Counted from the stretch's first letter, positions 1 through 8,538 are shown. The stretch is DNA of 51,063 bases from Solirubrobacteraceae bacterium (GCA_050696855.1 JBOGYN010000302.1:1-51063), one strand, 5' to 3'. The notes: generated by a model not told the origin, from the sequence alone. Numbers and translations are program-made.

Positions 1-2
1 TG

Positions 3-194
3 CTGATCGAGCCGACCGAGACCGAGACCAAGGAGACCCTCGACCGCTTCGCCGAGATCGTGGCCGAGATCCTCCGCGAGGCCCGCGAGGACCCCGAGGT
101 GGCCCGCCAGGCGCCCTACTCGACGCCCGTCCGCCGGCTCGACGAGGCCGGTGCCGCCCGCCGCCCCGTGGTCCGCCAGCCCCTGGACTCCTGA
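3..194 (+). CDS. gcvPB: Glycine dehydrogenase (glycine cleavage P protein) subunit 2, C-terminal fragment cut by window start
   Basis: Manual translation from nt 3: [20 protein letters not shown]...[19 protein letters not shown], the typical GcvPB C-terminus; TGA at 192-194. Confidence 0.9.
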   Translation: MIEPTETETKETLDRFAEIVAEILREAREDPEVARQAPYSTPVRRLDEAGAARRPVVRQPLDS

Positions 195-237
195 CCAAGG
201 AACCCTGCGGTGGCGGCCACGACGGCCACGCCGCACC

Positions 238-552
238 TCAGAGCGCGAGAACGAGTTCGAGCGCCTCGTCGACGGCTCGTCGCTCCTGCGCGGTGAGCTG
301 TCCCATCGGCTCGCCGAGACGATCCAGGTCGACCGCGCGAAGCTGTTCGACCAGCACCCGTGTTGCGTCGCCATCGAGATGGACTTCTGGTCGGAACGTG
401 GCGGGCGCGGCGCTCCGCGACGTCGGCGCGATGAGAACCGTTGACAATCCGAGCATGGCGTCAGCTTGCACGACGACTCCGTAACGCGCCCCGCGCTGCT
501 CGTGACCGCGCCGAGTGGGCAGTCGGACGCGGTAGACGTCGCCCCGGGTCAC
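238..552 (-). CDS. mazF: Type II toxin, PemK/MazF family endoribonuclease
   Basis: RGDVYRV...GHEQRGARYGVVVQAD...VLVEQLRAVDLDRLG matches PemK/MazF motifs; GTG start at 552 overlaps the antitoxin stop (GTGA). Confidence 0.9.
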   Translation of the reverse strand: MTRGDVYRVRLPTRRGHEQRGARYGVVVQADAMLGLSTVLIAPTSRSAAPATFRPEVHLDGDATRVLVEQLRAVDLDRLGEPMGQLTAQERRAVDEALELVLAL

Positions 553-797
553 TCGGGCCAGGCGGCCGAGAGCGAGTCCATGTCGGCCATGACCGCGGCC
601 CGCTCGGCGCTGTCGGTCGGGTCCTCGGCCAAGCGCGCCACCTCCTCGGCCAGGGCGGCGTGACGGCGGCGGTGTCGGCCCGCTTCCACCAGGGCGGTCC
701 GCACCGCATCGGACTCGTTGCGTCCCTCGCGCATCAACGTGCCCAGTGCCTGCTCGGACGCTTCGTCCAGGCGAGCGCGCACGACGCGGGAAGCCAT
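549..797 (-). CDS. Putative antitoxin, ribbon-helix-helix-like, 82 aa
   Basis: Small ORF MASRVVRARLDEASEQAL...NESDAVRTALVEA directly upstream of and coupled to the toxin; N-terminal strand-helix-helix pattern. Confidence 0.8.
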   Translation of the reverse strand: MASRVVRARLDEASEQALGTLMREGRNESDAVRTALVEAGRHRRRHAALAEEVARLAEDPTDSAERAAVMADMDSLSAAWPE

Positions 798-803
798 AGG
801 GAG

Positions 804-839
804 ACTGTAGCACAATATGTGTCACAGAACTGTGTCAAT
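804..839 (-). promoter_or_regulatory. Toxin-antitoxin promoter/operator: extended -10 plus three TGT-N3-ACA-like boxes
   Basis: Minus-strand TGcTACAGT 6 nt before the ATG at 797; plus-strand boxes TGTAGCACA (806-814), TGTGTCACA (818-826), TGTGTCAAT (831-839). Confidence 0.55.
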
Positions 840-872
840 CTTCCACCGTTCGTCGGGGCTAGGCTGCGGCCC

Positions 873-1844
873 GTGCGATTTGTGATCTATGGCGCCGGGG
901 CGATCGGAGGGGTGGTCGGCGCCCGGCTGCACCAGTCCGGCCACGACGTGGCGCTGATCGCCCGCGGGGAGCACCTGCGGACGATTCGCCGCCAGGGCCT
1001 GACCCTCCAGAGCCCGGTCGAGCGCAGCGTGCTCGAGCTGCCGGCCGCCGAGGACCCCGAGCAGCTGGGGGTCGGCGCCGAGGAGGATGTGATCTTGCTC
1101 GCCGTCAAGGGCCAGGACACCCCGGGGGCGTTGGCGGCCCTGCGCGGGGCCGGGACGCCGGCCAGCACCCCGATCGTCTGCCTCCAGAACGGCGTCGAAA
1201 ACGAGCGCCTGGCCCTGCGGATGTTCGCCCGCGTGTACGGCGCGGTGATCATGCTCCCGGCCGCGCACCTCGAGCCTGGGGTGGTGCTCGCCTACGGGGC
1301 CAAGGCCACCGGGATCATCGACATCGGCCGCTACCCGACGGGTAGCGATGAGCTGTGTGAGCAGCTGGCCGCCGCGTTTCGCTCCTCCCAGTTGCGCTCG
1401 CACGTCTGGCCCGACGTCATGCGCCTCAAGTACGCCAAGCTGCTTCTGAATCTCGGTAACGCCGTCGACGCGCTCTGCGCCCCCGGTGAGGCCAGCGACG
1501 AGCTCACCGAGCAGGCCCAGGCCGAAGGCCGCGCCGTCCTGGTCGCCGCTGAGATCGACGCACGGGACGCCAACGTCGACGACCTCGAGGGCCGCTGGGA
1601 ACGGATCGGCGTTGAAGAGATCGATGGTCAGCCCCGGGCTGGCTCGTCGAGTTGGCAGAGCCTGGCCCGGGGCACGGGGGCGATCGAGACCGACTTTCTC
1701 AACGGCGAGATCGTCCTGCTCGGGCGTCTGCACGGGATCCCGACCCCGCTCAACACCGCGCTCTCCGAGCTCGCCGCCCGTCACGCGCGGGCCGCCACGC
1801 CGCCCGGCTCGCTGACCCCCCAGGACATCCTGGCCGCGGCGTGA
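873..1844 (+). CDS. panE: Ketopantoate reductase family protein (2-dehydropantoate 2-reductase)
   Basis: Rossmann motif GAGAIGG, LAVK, LQNG, KLLLN and E-x-D-F-L-N-G-E motifs; start moved to GTG 873. Confidence 0.8.
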   Translation: MRFVIYGAGAIGGVVGARLHQSGHDVALIARGEHLRTIRRQGLTLQSPVERSVLELPAAEDPEQLGVGAEEDVILLAVKGQDTPGALAALRGAGTPASTPIVCLQNGVENERLALRMFARVYGAVIMLPAAHLEPGVVLAYGAKATGIIDIGRYPTGSDELCEQLAAAFRSSQLRSHVWPDVMRLKYAKLLLNLGNAVDALCAPGEASDELTEQAQAEGRAVLVAAEIDARDANVDDLEGRWERIGVEEIDGQPRAGSSSWQSLARGTGAIETDFLNGEIVLLGRLHGIPTPLNTALSELAARHARAATPPGSLTPQDILAAA

Positions 1845-2980
1845 GTACCACCGCGGACCCCGAGCTGGCCGCCGACGCGGCCGAGATCGCCGCGCGGGCC
1901 GAGGCCGAGCTCGAGCAGCTGGTCGCCATCTCCTCACCCTCGGGAGACGTCGAGGGCGCCGAGCAGGCGCTCGCCGTGTGCGCGAAGCTGCTCCCCGACC
2001 AAGCCCGCACCGAGCGCCCGGATTGCTCCACGCCGGGCTGCGCCCCGGACCTGATCGGCCGGGTTCGGGGGACCGGCCGCCGTCGGCTGATGCTGCTCGG
2101 GCACGTCGACACGGTGATTGCCCACGCCGACCATCAGCCGCTGCGTCCCGAAGGCGAGCGCCTGTACGGCAGCGGCACCGCCGACATGAAGGGCGGAGAC
2201 ATTCTCGCCCTGGGCGTCGCCCGCGCCCTGGCCCGCAACCCCGAGTCCTTCGCCGAGCTGGCCGTGCTGCTGGTCACCGACGAGGAATGGCGCGTGGCGC
2301 CCTTCGTCCACGCCCCGCGCTTTGCCGGCTACGACGCCTGCCTGTGCTTCGAAGCCGGGGAGCGAGCGCCGGACGGCGCCGAGGGCGTGGTCGTGCGCCG
2401 CAAGGCGGCCGGCACCCTCCGGGTTCTGGCCACGGGGGAGGCGTCGCACTCGGGCAGCGCGCCCGACCGCGGCCGCAACGCACTGCTCGCGCTGGCTCAG
2501 GTCGCGAGCGCGGTGGCGGCCCTGCACGACCCGGGGGGCCCCGACCAGCTGAGCGCCGTACCGACCGTGATGCGCTCGGGCGAAGCGTTCAACGTCGTCC
2601 CGGCGGCCGGCGAGCTGATCTTCGACCTGCGGGCCCGGCGACTGGCCGCGTTCGACGAGGTTCTCGCGCAGATTCCCGCCGAGCTCGACGGCGTGGGGCT
2701 CGAGCCGCGAATGGAGCGCAAGTGGCCGGGCATGGACTCCGCCGTGGCCACCGCCGGCCTGATCGCCGACGCCAGCGCCCGCCTGGGGCGCCCGATCACG
2801 GGGGGCCCGCGGGGCGGAGCCAGCGACGCCAGCCACTTCGCCGAAGCGATCGCGCTGACCGTGGACGGGCTCGGACCCCGGGGCGGGGGCGCCCACACCC
2901 CCGGGGAGTTCGTCCTGCGCGCGGCCCTGCGCGAGCGCGCCGAGGTCGCCCTGGCGCTGGCCCACGCTGTGCTGGACTGA
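1841..2980 (+). CDS. M20/M25/M40 family metallopeptidase (glutamate carboxypeptidase-like)
   Basis: GHVDTV, GTADMKGG, DEE, GGASDA and GAHTPGE metal-binding motifs; GTG 1841 overlaps the upstream stop. Confidence 0.85.
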   Translation: MSTTADPELAADAAEIAARAEAELEQLVAISSPSGDVEGAEQALAVCAKLLPDQARTERPDCSTPGCAPDLIGRVRGTGRRRLMLLGHVDTVIAHADHQPLRPEGERLYGSGTADMKGGDILALGVARALARNPESFAELAVLLVTDEEWRVAPFVHAPRFAGYDACLCFEAGERAPDGAEGVVVRRKAAGTLRVLATGEASHSGSAPDRGRNALLALAQVASAVAALHDPGGPDQLSAVPTVMRSGEAFNVVPAAGELIFDLRARRLAAFDEVLAQIPAELDGVGLEPRMERKWPGMDSAVATAGLIADASARLGRPITGGPRGGASDASHFAEAIALTVDGLGPRGGGAHTPGEFVLRAALRERAEVALALAHAVLD

Positions 2981-3017
2981 ACCGCCCCACGCGAGTCGGA
3001 CCTGCCATCCTCTGGGT

Positions 3018-3653
3018 GTGAACCACCAGCGTCGTCAGCTCCCCGCGCAGCGCCGCGAGCCGATCGAGGGCCTGATCCTGCTGGCCGTGATCGTCGCGGT
3101 CATGTGGGTCGTCGAGATCGTCAACTCGCTGGACAACAATGGGCTCAACGGCGACGGGATCATCCCTCGCAACGTGGGGCACCTGTGGGCGATCATCACC
3201 GCCCCCTTCCTGCACGCCAGCTTCGCCCACCTGATCGACAACACGATCCCGTTCGTGTTCATGGGGGTGATCATCGCCCTGCGCGGCGCCTGGCGCCTGT
3301 TCCTGGTGACCGCGATCGTGATCATCGCCGGTGGCCTCGGCACCTGGCTGATCGCCCCGGCGCATTCGATCACCGTCGGGGCCAGCGGCGTCGTCTTCGG
3401 GTACGCCACCTATCTCATCAGCCGGGGCCTGTTCAACCGCAGCTGGCTGGAGATCCTCACCGGGATCGTGGTCGGCGTGGTCTGGGGCGGCGCGCTGCTA
3501 TCGAGCCTCGTCCCGCACTACGGCATCTCCTGGCAGGCCCACGCCTGCGGTGCCGTGGCCGGCCTGGTGGCCGCCGCGCTGCTCGCTCGTCCCCGGCAGG
3601 CGCTGCCCGGCCACGGCAAGAGCGACCCGCTGACGCGCGCACTGGCCCAGTAG
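3018..3653 (+). CDS. Rhomboid family intramembrane serine protease
   Basis: Multi-TM; FLHASFAHLIDN, GASG catalytic Ser motif, SWQAH catalytic His. Confidence 0.9.
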   Translation: MNHQRRQLPAQRREPIEGLILLAVIVAVMWVVEIVNSLDNNGLNGDGIIPRNVGHLWAIITAPFLHASFAHLIDNTIPFVFMGVIIALRGAWRLFLVTAIVIIAGGLGTWLIAPAHSITVGASGVVFGYATYLISRGLFNRSWLEILTGIVVGVVWGGALLSSLVPHYGISWQAHACGAVAGLVAAALLARPRQALPGHGKSDPLTRALAQ

Positions 3654-3665
3654 CCTGCGCCGCCG

Positions 3666-4661
3666 ATGAGGATCTTCTCCGGCATCCAGCCGACCGGTCG
3701 CAAGCACCTCGGCAACTACATCGGCGCGATCACCCAGTACGTGGCCGGCCAGGATCGCGGCGAGGCGATCTACTGCATCGTCGATCTGCACGCCACCACG
3801 GTCGCCTATGAGCCCGCGGCGCTGCGCGAGTCGGTCTACGACACGGCCGCGATCCTGCTCGCCGCCGGGTTGGACCCCGAGCGGTGCGTGTTCTTTCGCC
3901 AGAGTGATGTGGTCGAGCACGCCGAGCTGTGCTGGCTGCTCTCCAGCGTGGCCGCCTACGGCGAGCTCGGGCGCATGACCCAGTTCAAGGACAAGGTGCC
4001 GGCCCAGCGCGGGCTGGTCAGCGTGGGCCTGTTCACCTACCCGGTGCTGATGGCCGCCGACGTGCTCGCCTATCGGGCCCACGAGGTGCCGGTCGGCGAT
4101 GATCAGCGCCAGCACGTCGAGCTCATGCGCGACCTTGCCGAGCGCTTCAACGCTCGCTTCGGCGAGACGCTGGTCGTCCCCGAGGCGCGGATCCCGGCCG
4201 TCGGCGCGCGGATCATGGATCTCCAGGCTCCCGAGAGCAAGATGTCGACCACCGGGAGCAGCGTCGCGGGCACGGTCTACGTGCTCGACGAGCCGGAGGC
4301 GATCGCCAAGAAGTTCCGCTCGTCGGTCACCGATTCCGGCAGCGAGGTCGTGCGCGCGCCCGACAAGCTCGGGATCACCAATCTGATCGAGATCCTGGCC
4401 GCGGTCCGCGGCACGGCCTTCGAGGAGATCGAGCGGGAGTTCAGCGGCTCCGGTTACGGGGCCTTCAAGTCCGCGGTCGCGGAGGCGGTGGTGGCCTATC
4501 TGGCTCCCGTGCGCGAGCGCTACGCCGCTCTGCGCGCCGATGAGGCCCAGCTCGAAACCGCGCTCGCGGTCGGAGCCGACAAGGCCCGGGCGATCGCCGC
4601 CGACACGCTGGTGGATGTCCGGGCGCGCATGGGGGTGGGAGCGGTCCGGCCCCGCGGTTAG
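3666..4661 (+). CDS. trpS: Tryptophan--tRNA ligase
   Basis: SGIQPTG, HLGN (HIGH motif), YPVLMAAD, VGDDQRQH, KMST (KMSKS-like). Confidence 0.97.
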   Translation: MRIFSGIQPTGRKHLGNYIGAITQYVAGQDRGEAIYCIVDLHATTVAYEPAALRESVYDTAAILLAAGLDPERCVFFRQSDVVEHAELCWLLSSVAAYGELGRMTQFKDKVPAQRGLVSVGLFTYPVLMAADVLAYRAHEVPVGDDQRQHVELMRDLAERFNARFGETLVVPEARIPAVGARIMDLQAPESKMSTTGSSVAGTVYVLDEPEAIAKKFRSSVTDSGSEVVRAPDKLGITNLIEILAAVRGTAFEEIEREFSGSGYGAFKSAVAEAVVAYLAPVRERYAALRADEAQLETALAVGADKARAIAADTLVDVRARMGVGAVRPRG

Positions 4662-4671
4662 AGTCACCTCC

Positions 4672-5418
4672 GTGGCTCTCGTCGATCTCGAGCTCGATCT
4701 GGACGTCTTCGCCGGACCCTTCGATCTCCTGCTGACGCTGATCCTCCGCGAGGAGGTTGATCTGCTCGAGGTCGATCTGGCCGACGTGGTGATCACCTAC
4801 ATCGATCACCTCGAGCGCCGCGGCGAGCTCGATCTCGAGGCCGCGACCGAGTTCCTGGTCCTGATCGCTGCCCTGCTGGAGCTGAAATCGCGGCTGCTGC
4901 TCCCCGGCGAGGAGATCGACGAGGTCGATCTGGACCCGGGTGAGGCGGCCGAGGAGCTGCTCCACCGCCTGCTCGCCGCCCACCGCTACCGAGCCGCGGC
5001 CGCCCACCTGCATGGCCTGCTCGCCGACGAGGAGGGCCATCGCTTCCGCTCGGCGCCGCTGCCGCCGCAGCTGCGCAAGGCCACGCTGACCGATGCGCAC
5101 GCCGTCTACACGCCGGCCACGCTGGCCAAGGCAATCGGGGGCCTGCTCCAGCTGCCGCCGCCGGTCGACCTGCAGCACGTGACCGTCCACAAGGTGACGG
5201 TCGCCGAGCGTCTCTCGCACCTGCGGGCGCTGCTCAGACAGGGGAGCTTCACCTTCTCAGAAGCGGTGGCCCGGGCCGATCGGGTGACGGTGGCGGTCAC
5301 CCTCTACGCGCTGCTCGAGCTCTACAAGCAGGGCGAGGCGACCTGGACCCAAGCCGAGCCGTTCGCCGAGATCGACATCTCGTCCACGGTGGCCGCCGCC
5401 CAGAGGCTGAGTGCATGA
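4672..5418 (+). CDS. scpA: Segregation and condensation protein A
   Basis: FAGPFDLLLTLI and EFLVLIAALLELKSRLLLP motifs; upstream of scpB; start moved to GTG 4672. Confidence 0.95.
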   Translation: MALVDLELDLDVFAGPFDLLLTLILREEVDLLEVDLADVVITYIDHLERRGELDLEAATEFLVLIAALLELKSRLLLPGEEIDEVDLDPGEAAEELLHRLLAAHRYRAAAAHLHGLLADEEGHRFRSAPLPPQLRKATLTDAHAVYTPATLAKAIGGLLQLPPPVDLQHVTVHKVTVAERLSHLRALLRQGSFTFSEAVARADRVTVAVTLYALLELYKQGEATWTQAEPFAEIDISSTVAAAQRLSA

Positions 5419-6035
5419 GCCCGGCGACCGCCGAGCTCGAGCGCACGCTCGAGGGGCTTCTGTTCCTGAGCGCCGACCCCGTGACCCCGGCCGCGCTGGC
5501 CGAGGCCACCGGCGAGGAGCTGCACGAGGTGGTGACCGCCTTGGAACGTCTGCGCGAGCACTATGAGTTTGAGCGCCGCGGTTTCATCGTCCGCGAACTG
5601 GCCGGGGGATTCGTGCTCAGCACCCACCCCGACGTCGAGCCGGCCGCCCGGCGCCTGCTGGCCAAGCCCCGCACGCCGCCGCTGACGCCCGCGCAGGCCG
5701 AGACGCTGGCCATCGTCGCCTACCTCCAGCCCGTCTCGCGGCCCGAAATCGCCCGCATCCGCGGGGTCAGCGCCGAATCGGCCGCGGCCACCCTGATCGA
5801 GCGCGGGGTGATCGAGGAGGCCGGGCGCTCGCAGTTCGGCGCCGTGCTCTACCGCACCACCGAGCTGTTCCTCAAGCTCTTCGGGCTCGGTGCGGTGGGC
5901 GAGCTCCCGGCGATCGACGGCTTTGACCCCTCGGACGAGTTCGAGCAGGAGCTGCGCGACCGTCTTCTGCGGGCCGGCGAGGCCCGGAGCGGGGTCGGCC
6001 CCGCCCCGGCGGTCGCCAACGGCAGCGAGCCCTGA
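5415..6035 (+). CDS. scpB: SMC-Scp complex subunit ScpB
   Basis: ETLAIVAYLQPVSRPEIARIRGV and YRTTELFLKLFGL signatures. Confidence 0.96.
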   Translation: MSPATAELERTLEGLLFLSADPVTPAALAEATGEELHEVVTALERLREHYEFERRGFIVRELAGGFVLSTHPDVEPAARRLLAKPRTPPLTPAQAETLAIVAYLQPVSRPEIARIRGVSAESAAATLIERGVIEEAGRSQFGAVLYRTTELFLKLFGLGAVGELPAIDGFDPSDEFEQELRDRLLRAGEARSGVGPAPAVANGSEP

Positions 6036-6061
6036 ACCCCCTGCCCAGCCGGCCGAGTGGC

Positions 6062-6172
6062 CGCGGTGGGCCGTCGCTAGAACCCGAAGGCCGGTACTCA
6101 GCTCGACGGGGCCCGTACCGGATCAGCTACGAGCTCGCCGACGACCGGCGCCAGGTCGCTGTGATCGCGACC
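6062..6172 (+). pseudogene. Remnant of a RelE/ParE-family toxin gene
   Basis: Manual translation (frame of 6086): EGRYSARRGPYRISYELADDRRQVAVIA, resembling the actinobacterial RelE core (SARRGxYRIxY); no start codon or canonical C-terminus found. Confidence 0.55.
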
Positions 6173-6332
6173 CGACCTGCAAAACGCGCAAAACCCGGAC
6201 GGGCAGCCCAAGCTTTTCCGCTCGCGCAGGCTCAGCCCCAATATTGCGCCAAACTTGCCGGCCGGCGCCAAGGTTTTCACAAAATGCATGCTCTTCGGCA
6301 ACCGAGGGCGCGCCGGCGTACCCCACCCACAC

Positions 6333-6362
6333 CCCTGATCCCTGACGACCCCTGACCCCTGA
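6333..6362 (+). repeat. Short CCCTGA repeat, 4 copies
   Basis: CCCTGA at 6333, 6340, 6350 and 6357. Confidence 0.6.
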
Positions 6363-6375
6363 CCAAACTGCACAT

Positions 6376-6416
6376 ATCGCGTCACGACGTCGTACCACGA
6401 TATCGTGTTACGATAT
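6376..6416. promoter_or_regulatory. Three tandem 13-bp palindromic boxes (RTCGY-N3-ACGAY), putative MarR operator overlapping a -10 TACGAT
   Basis: ATCGCGTCACGAC (6376-88), GTCGTACCACGAT (6389-6401), ATCGTGTTACGAT (6402-14); perfect inverted repeat ATATCGT-gtt-ACGATAT at 6400-6416. Confidence 0.7.
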
Positions 6417-6421
6417 GGGAC

Positions 6422-6898
6422 GTGGAGCCCAGCCCCGACCAGTACGCCCGGCTGCTCGAACTGCGCGCCCGACTACGCCGGTTTCTGCACTGGAGCGAGG
6501 AGCAGGCTCACGACGCCGGAATAACCCCCGCCCAGCATCAGCTGATGCTGGCCATCCACGGCTTCCCGGGTCCCGAGGACCCGACCGTCTCGGACGTGGC
6601 CGGGGTGTTGTTCCTGCGCCACAACAGCGTGGTCGGACTCGTCGATCGAGCCCAGGCCGTAGGGCTGGTGGAGCGCCACCGCGATCCTGAACGTCACGCC
6701 TTGGTTCGGCTGCGGCTGACCCTCGAAGGCAGGCGCCAGCTCGCCGACCTGACCCTGGCTCACCTCGACGAGGTGCAGCGGCTCGCCCACGACCTGGAGG
6801 CCCTGTGGGCCGCTGCCGGCCGCTCCACACCCGACGTCCGCTCGACACCCGAGGTCCGCTCCACCGCCGACGCTGATACTCACACGCCGGCCCGATGA
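6422..6898 (+). CDS. MarR family transcriptional regulator
   Basis: GITPAQHQLMLAI...SVVGLVDRAQAVGLVERHRDPERHALVRLRLTLEG winged-helix MarR pattern. Confidence 0.9.
   Translation: MEPSPDQYARLLELRARLRRFLHWSEEQAHDAGITPAQHQLMLAIHGFPGPEDPTVSDVAGVLFLRHNSVVGLVDRAQAVGLVERHRDPERHALVRLRLTLEGRRQLADLTLAHLDEVQRLAHDLEALWAAAGRSTPDVRSTPEVRSTADADTHTPAR
6821..6870 (+). repeat. 18-bp in-frame tandem repeat, about 2.7 copies, encoding RSTPDV-RSTPEV-RSTAD
   Basis: cgctccacacccgacgtc / cgctcgacacccgaggtc / cgctccaccgccga. Confidence 0.7.
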
Positions 6899-8538
6899 AC
6901 CCGCGCGTACGGCTGGACCACCTCGGCGACTTCGCCGTCGAGCCGCGGATGGGCGTGATCGCGCTGCTCGCCGTCCCGGTCGGCGCCGCCAGCGCCGGGC
7001 TGGCCGTCGGCCTTCTGCGGCTGATCGGGCTGATTACCAACCTCGTCTTCTACGGGCGCTTTGCCACCGGTCTGGTCGCCCCGGGGACCGGACCCCACAC
7101 CTCGCCGCTGCTGATCCTGCTGGCGCCGGTGGTCGGGGGCCTGATCGTCGGCCTCATGGCCCGCTACGGCTCGGAGAAGATTCGCGGTCACGGGATGCCC
7201 GAGGCGATCGAGGCGATCCTGGTCGGAGAGAGCCGCATCCAGCCCCGAGTCGCCCTGCTCAAGCCGATTTCGGCCGCGATCAGCATCGGAACCGGCGGTC
7301 CCTTCGGGGCCGAGGGACCGATCATCATGACCGGCGGGGCGGCCGGCTCGATCCTGGCCCAGCTGCTGCACATGACCGCCGACGAGCGCAAGACGCTCCT
7401 GGTGGCCGGCGCCGCCGCGGGCATGGCGGCCACCTTCAACGCTCCGCTGGCCTCGATCCTGCTCGCCGTCGAGCTGCTGCTGTTCGAATGGCGGCCGCGC
7501 AGCTTCGTCCCCGTGGTCAGCGCGGTGGCCACGAGCACGATCCTGCGGGGATTCGTGCTCGGTACCGGACCGCTGTTCGGGGTGACGATGAGCGGCGCCC
7601 ATCTCGGGCCCGGGGTGGAGATGCTGTGCGTCGTGGCCGGCCTGCTCGGCGGTCTGCTCGCGGTCGCCGCCACGAGCCTGGTCTACCTGGCCGAAGACGG
7701 CTTTCGACGGCTGCCGGTGCACTGGATGTGGTGGCCGGCGATCGGCGGGCTGATCATCGGCGCCGGTGGACTGGTCGAGCCCCACGCGCTCGGGGTCGGA
7801 TACGACGTGATCGATCAGCTGCTGACCGGCCACGCCGCCCTCTCGCTCGTGATCGGGATCCTGGTCGTCAAGACCACGATCTGGTCGCTCTCGCTCGGCT
7901 CGGGCACGTCGGGGGGAGTACTCGCGCCGGTGTTCATGATCGGCGCCGCCCTCGGGGCGCTCGAAGCCCACGTGTTTCCACCCGTGGCGCCCGGGTTCTG
8001 GGCCCTGGTCGGGCTGGCCGCGGTGATGGGTGGCGTGATGCGCTCGCCGCTCACCGGGATCGTGTTCCCGCTCGAGCTGACTCACGCCTGGGGGCAGATC
8101 CTGCCGCTGGTGATCGCCGCCACCGCCGCCTACGCGGTCTCGACCCTGCTGCTCAAGCGGTCGGTCCTGACCGAGAAGATCGCCCGCCGCGGCCTTCACC
8201 TGACGCGCGAGTACTCGGTCGATCCGCTCGAGCTAATGCTGGTCGACGACGTGATGGACGCTCCCGTCCCGGCGCCCGCGCCCGCCCACGCCCTCGAGCC
8301 GGACGCTGGCCCGCCCGCGCGCGAGTTGCCGACCGTGTTCGCCGACGACACCCTGCGCCACGTCGCCTACTGCTTCGCCGAACAGGAGTGGGAGACCGCG
8401 ACCGTGGTGGAGCGCTCAGACCACGGCGAGGTGGTCGGGGTGATCACCACCCAGCACCTGCTCGCCGGCCGGCTGCGCGACCTGCGCGAGGAGCAGATCC
8501 GCGAACGGGCGATCAGGCGAGGCCCAGCCATCGGCTGA
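6895..8538 (+). CDS. ClC family chloride channel / H+:Cl- antiporter with C-terminal CBS-like region
   Basis: GHGMPE (GSGIP equivalent), GAEGP, AATFNAP and GGVLAP motifs; many TM helices; ATGA-coupled to marR. Confidence 0.92.
   Translation: MNPRVRLDHLGDFAVEPRMGVIALLAVPVGAASAGLAVGLLRLIGLITNLVFYGRFATGLVAPGTGPHTSPLLILLAPVVGGLIVGLMARYGSEKIRGHGMPEAIEAILVGESRIQPRVALLKPISAAISIGTGGPFGAEGPIIMTGGAAGSILAQLLHMTADERKTLLVAGAAAGMAATFNAPLASILLAVELLLFEWRPRSFVPVVSAVATSTILRGFVLGTGPLFGVTMSGAHLGPGVEMLCVVAGLLGGLLAVAATSLVYLAEDGFRRLPVHWMWWPAIGGLIIGAGGLVEPHALGVGYDVIDQLLTGHAALSLVIGILVVKTTIWSLSLGSGTSGGVLAPVFMIGAALGALEAHVFPPVAPGFWALVGLAAVMGGVMRSPLTGIVFPLELTHAWGQILPLVIAATAAYAVSTLLLKRSVLTEKIARRGLHLTREYSVDPLELMLVDDVMDAPVPAPAPAHALEPDAGPPARELPTVFADDTLRHVAYCFAEQEWETATVVERSDHGEVVGVITTQHLLAGRLRDLREEQIRERAIRRGPAIG

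Noticed and set aside
553..825. 195-aa toxin ORF suggesting an antitoxin-toxin fusion
   Set aside because: The extension is an alternate frame of the antitoxin gene; the GTGA overlap at 549-552 fits two coupled genes.
441..872. Long N-terminal extension of the panE-like ORF in the ORF track
   Set aside because: It overlaps the opposite-strand toxin-antitoxin pair; family similarity begins at GTG 873, which has a -10-like box 7 nt upstream.
3654..3665. T-box riboswitch upstream of trpS
   Set aside because: Only 12 nt separate the rhomboid stop from the trpS start, leaving no room for a leader.
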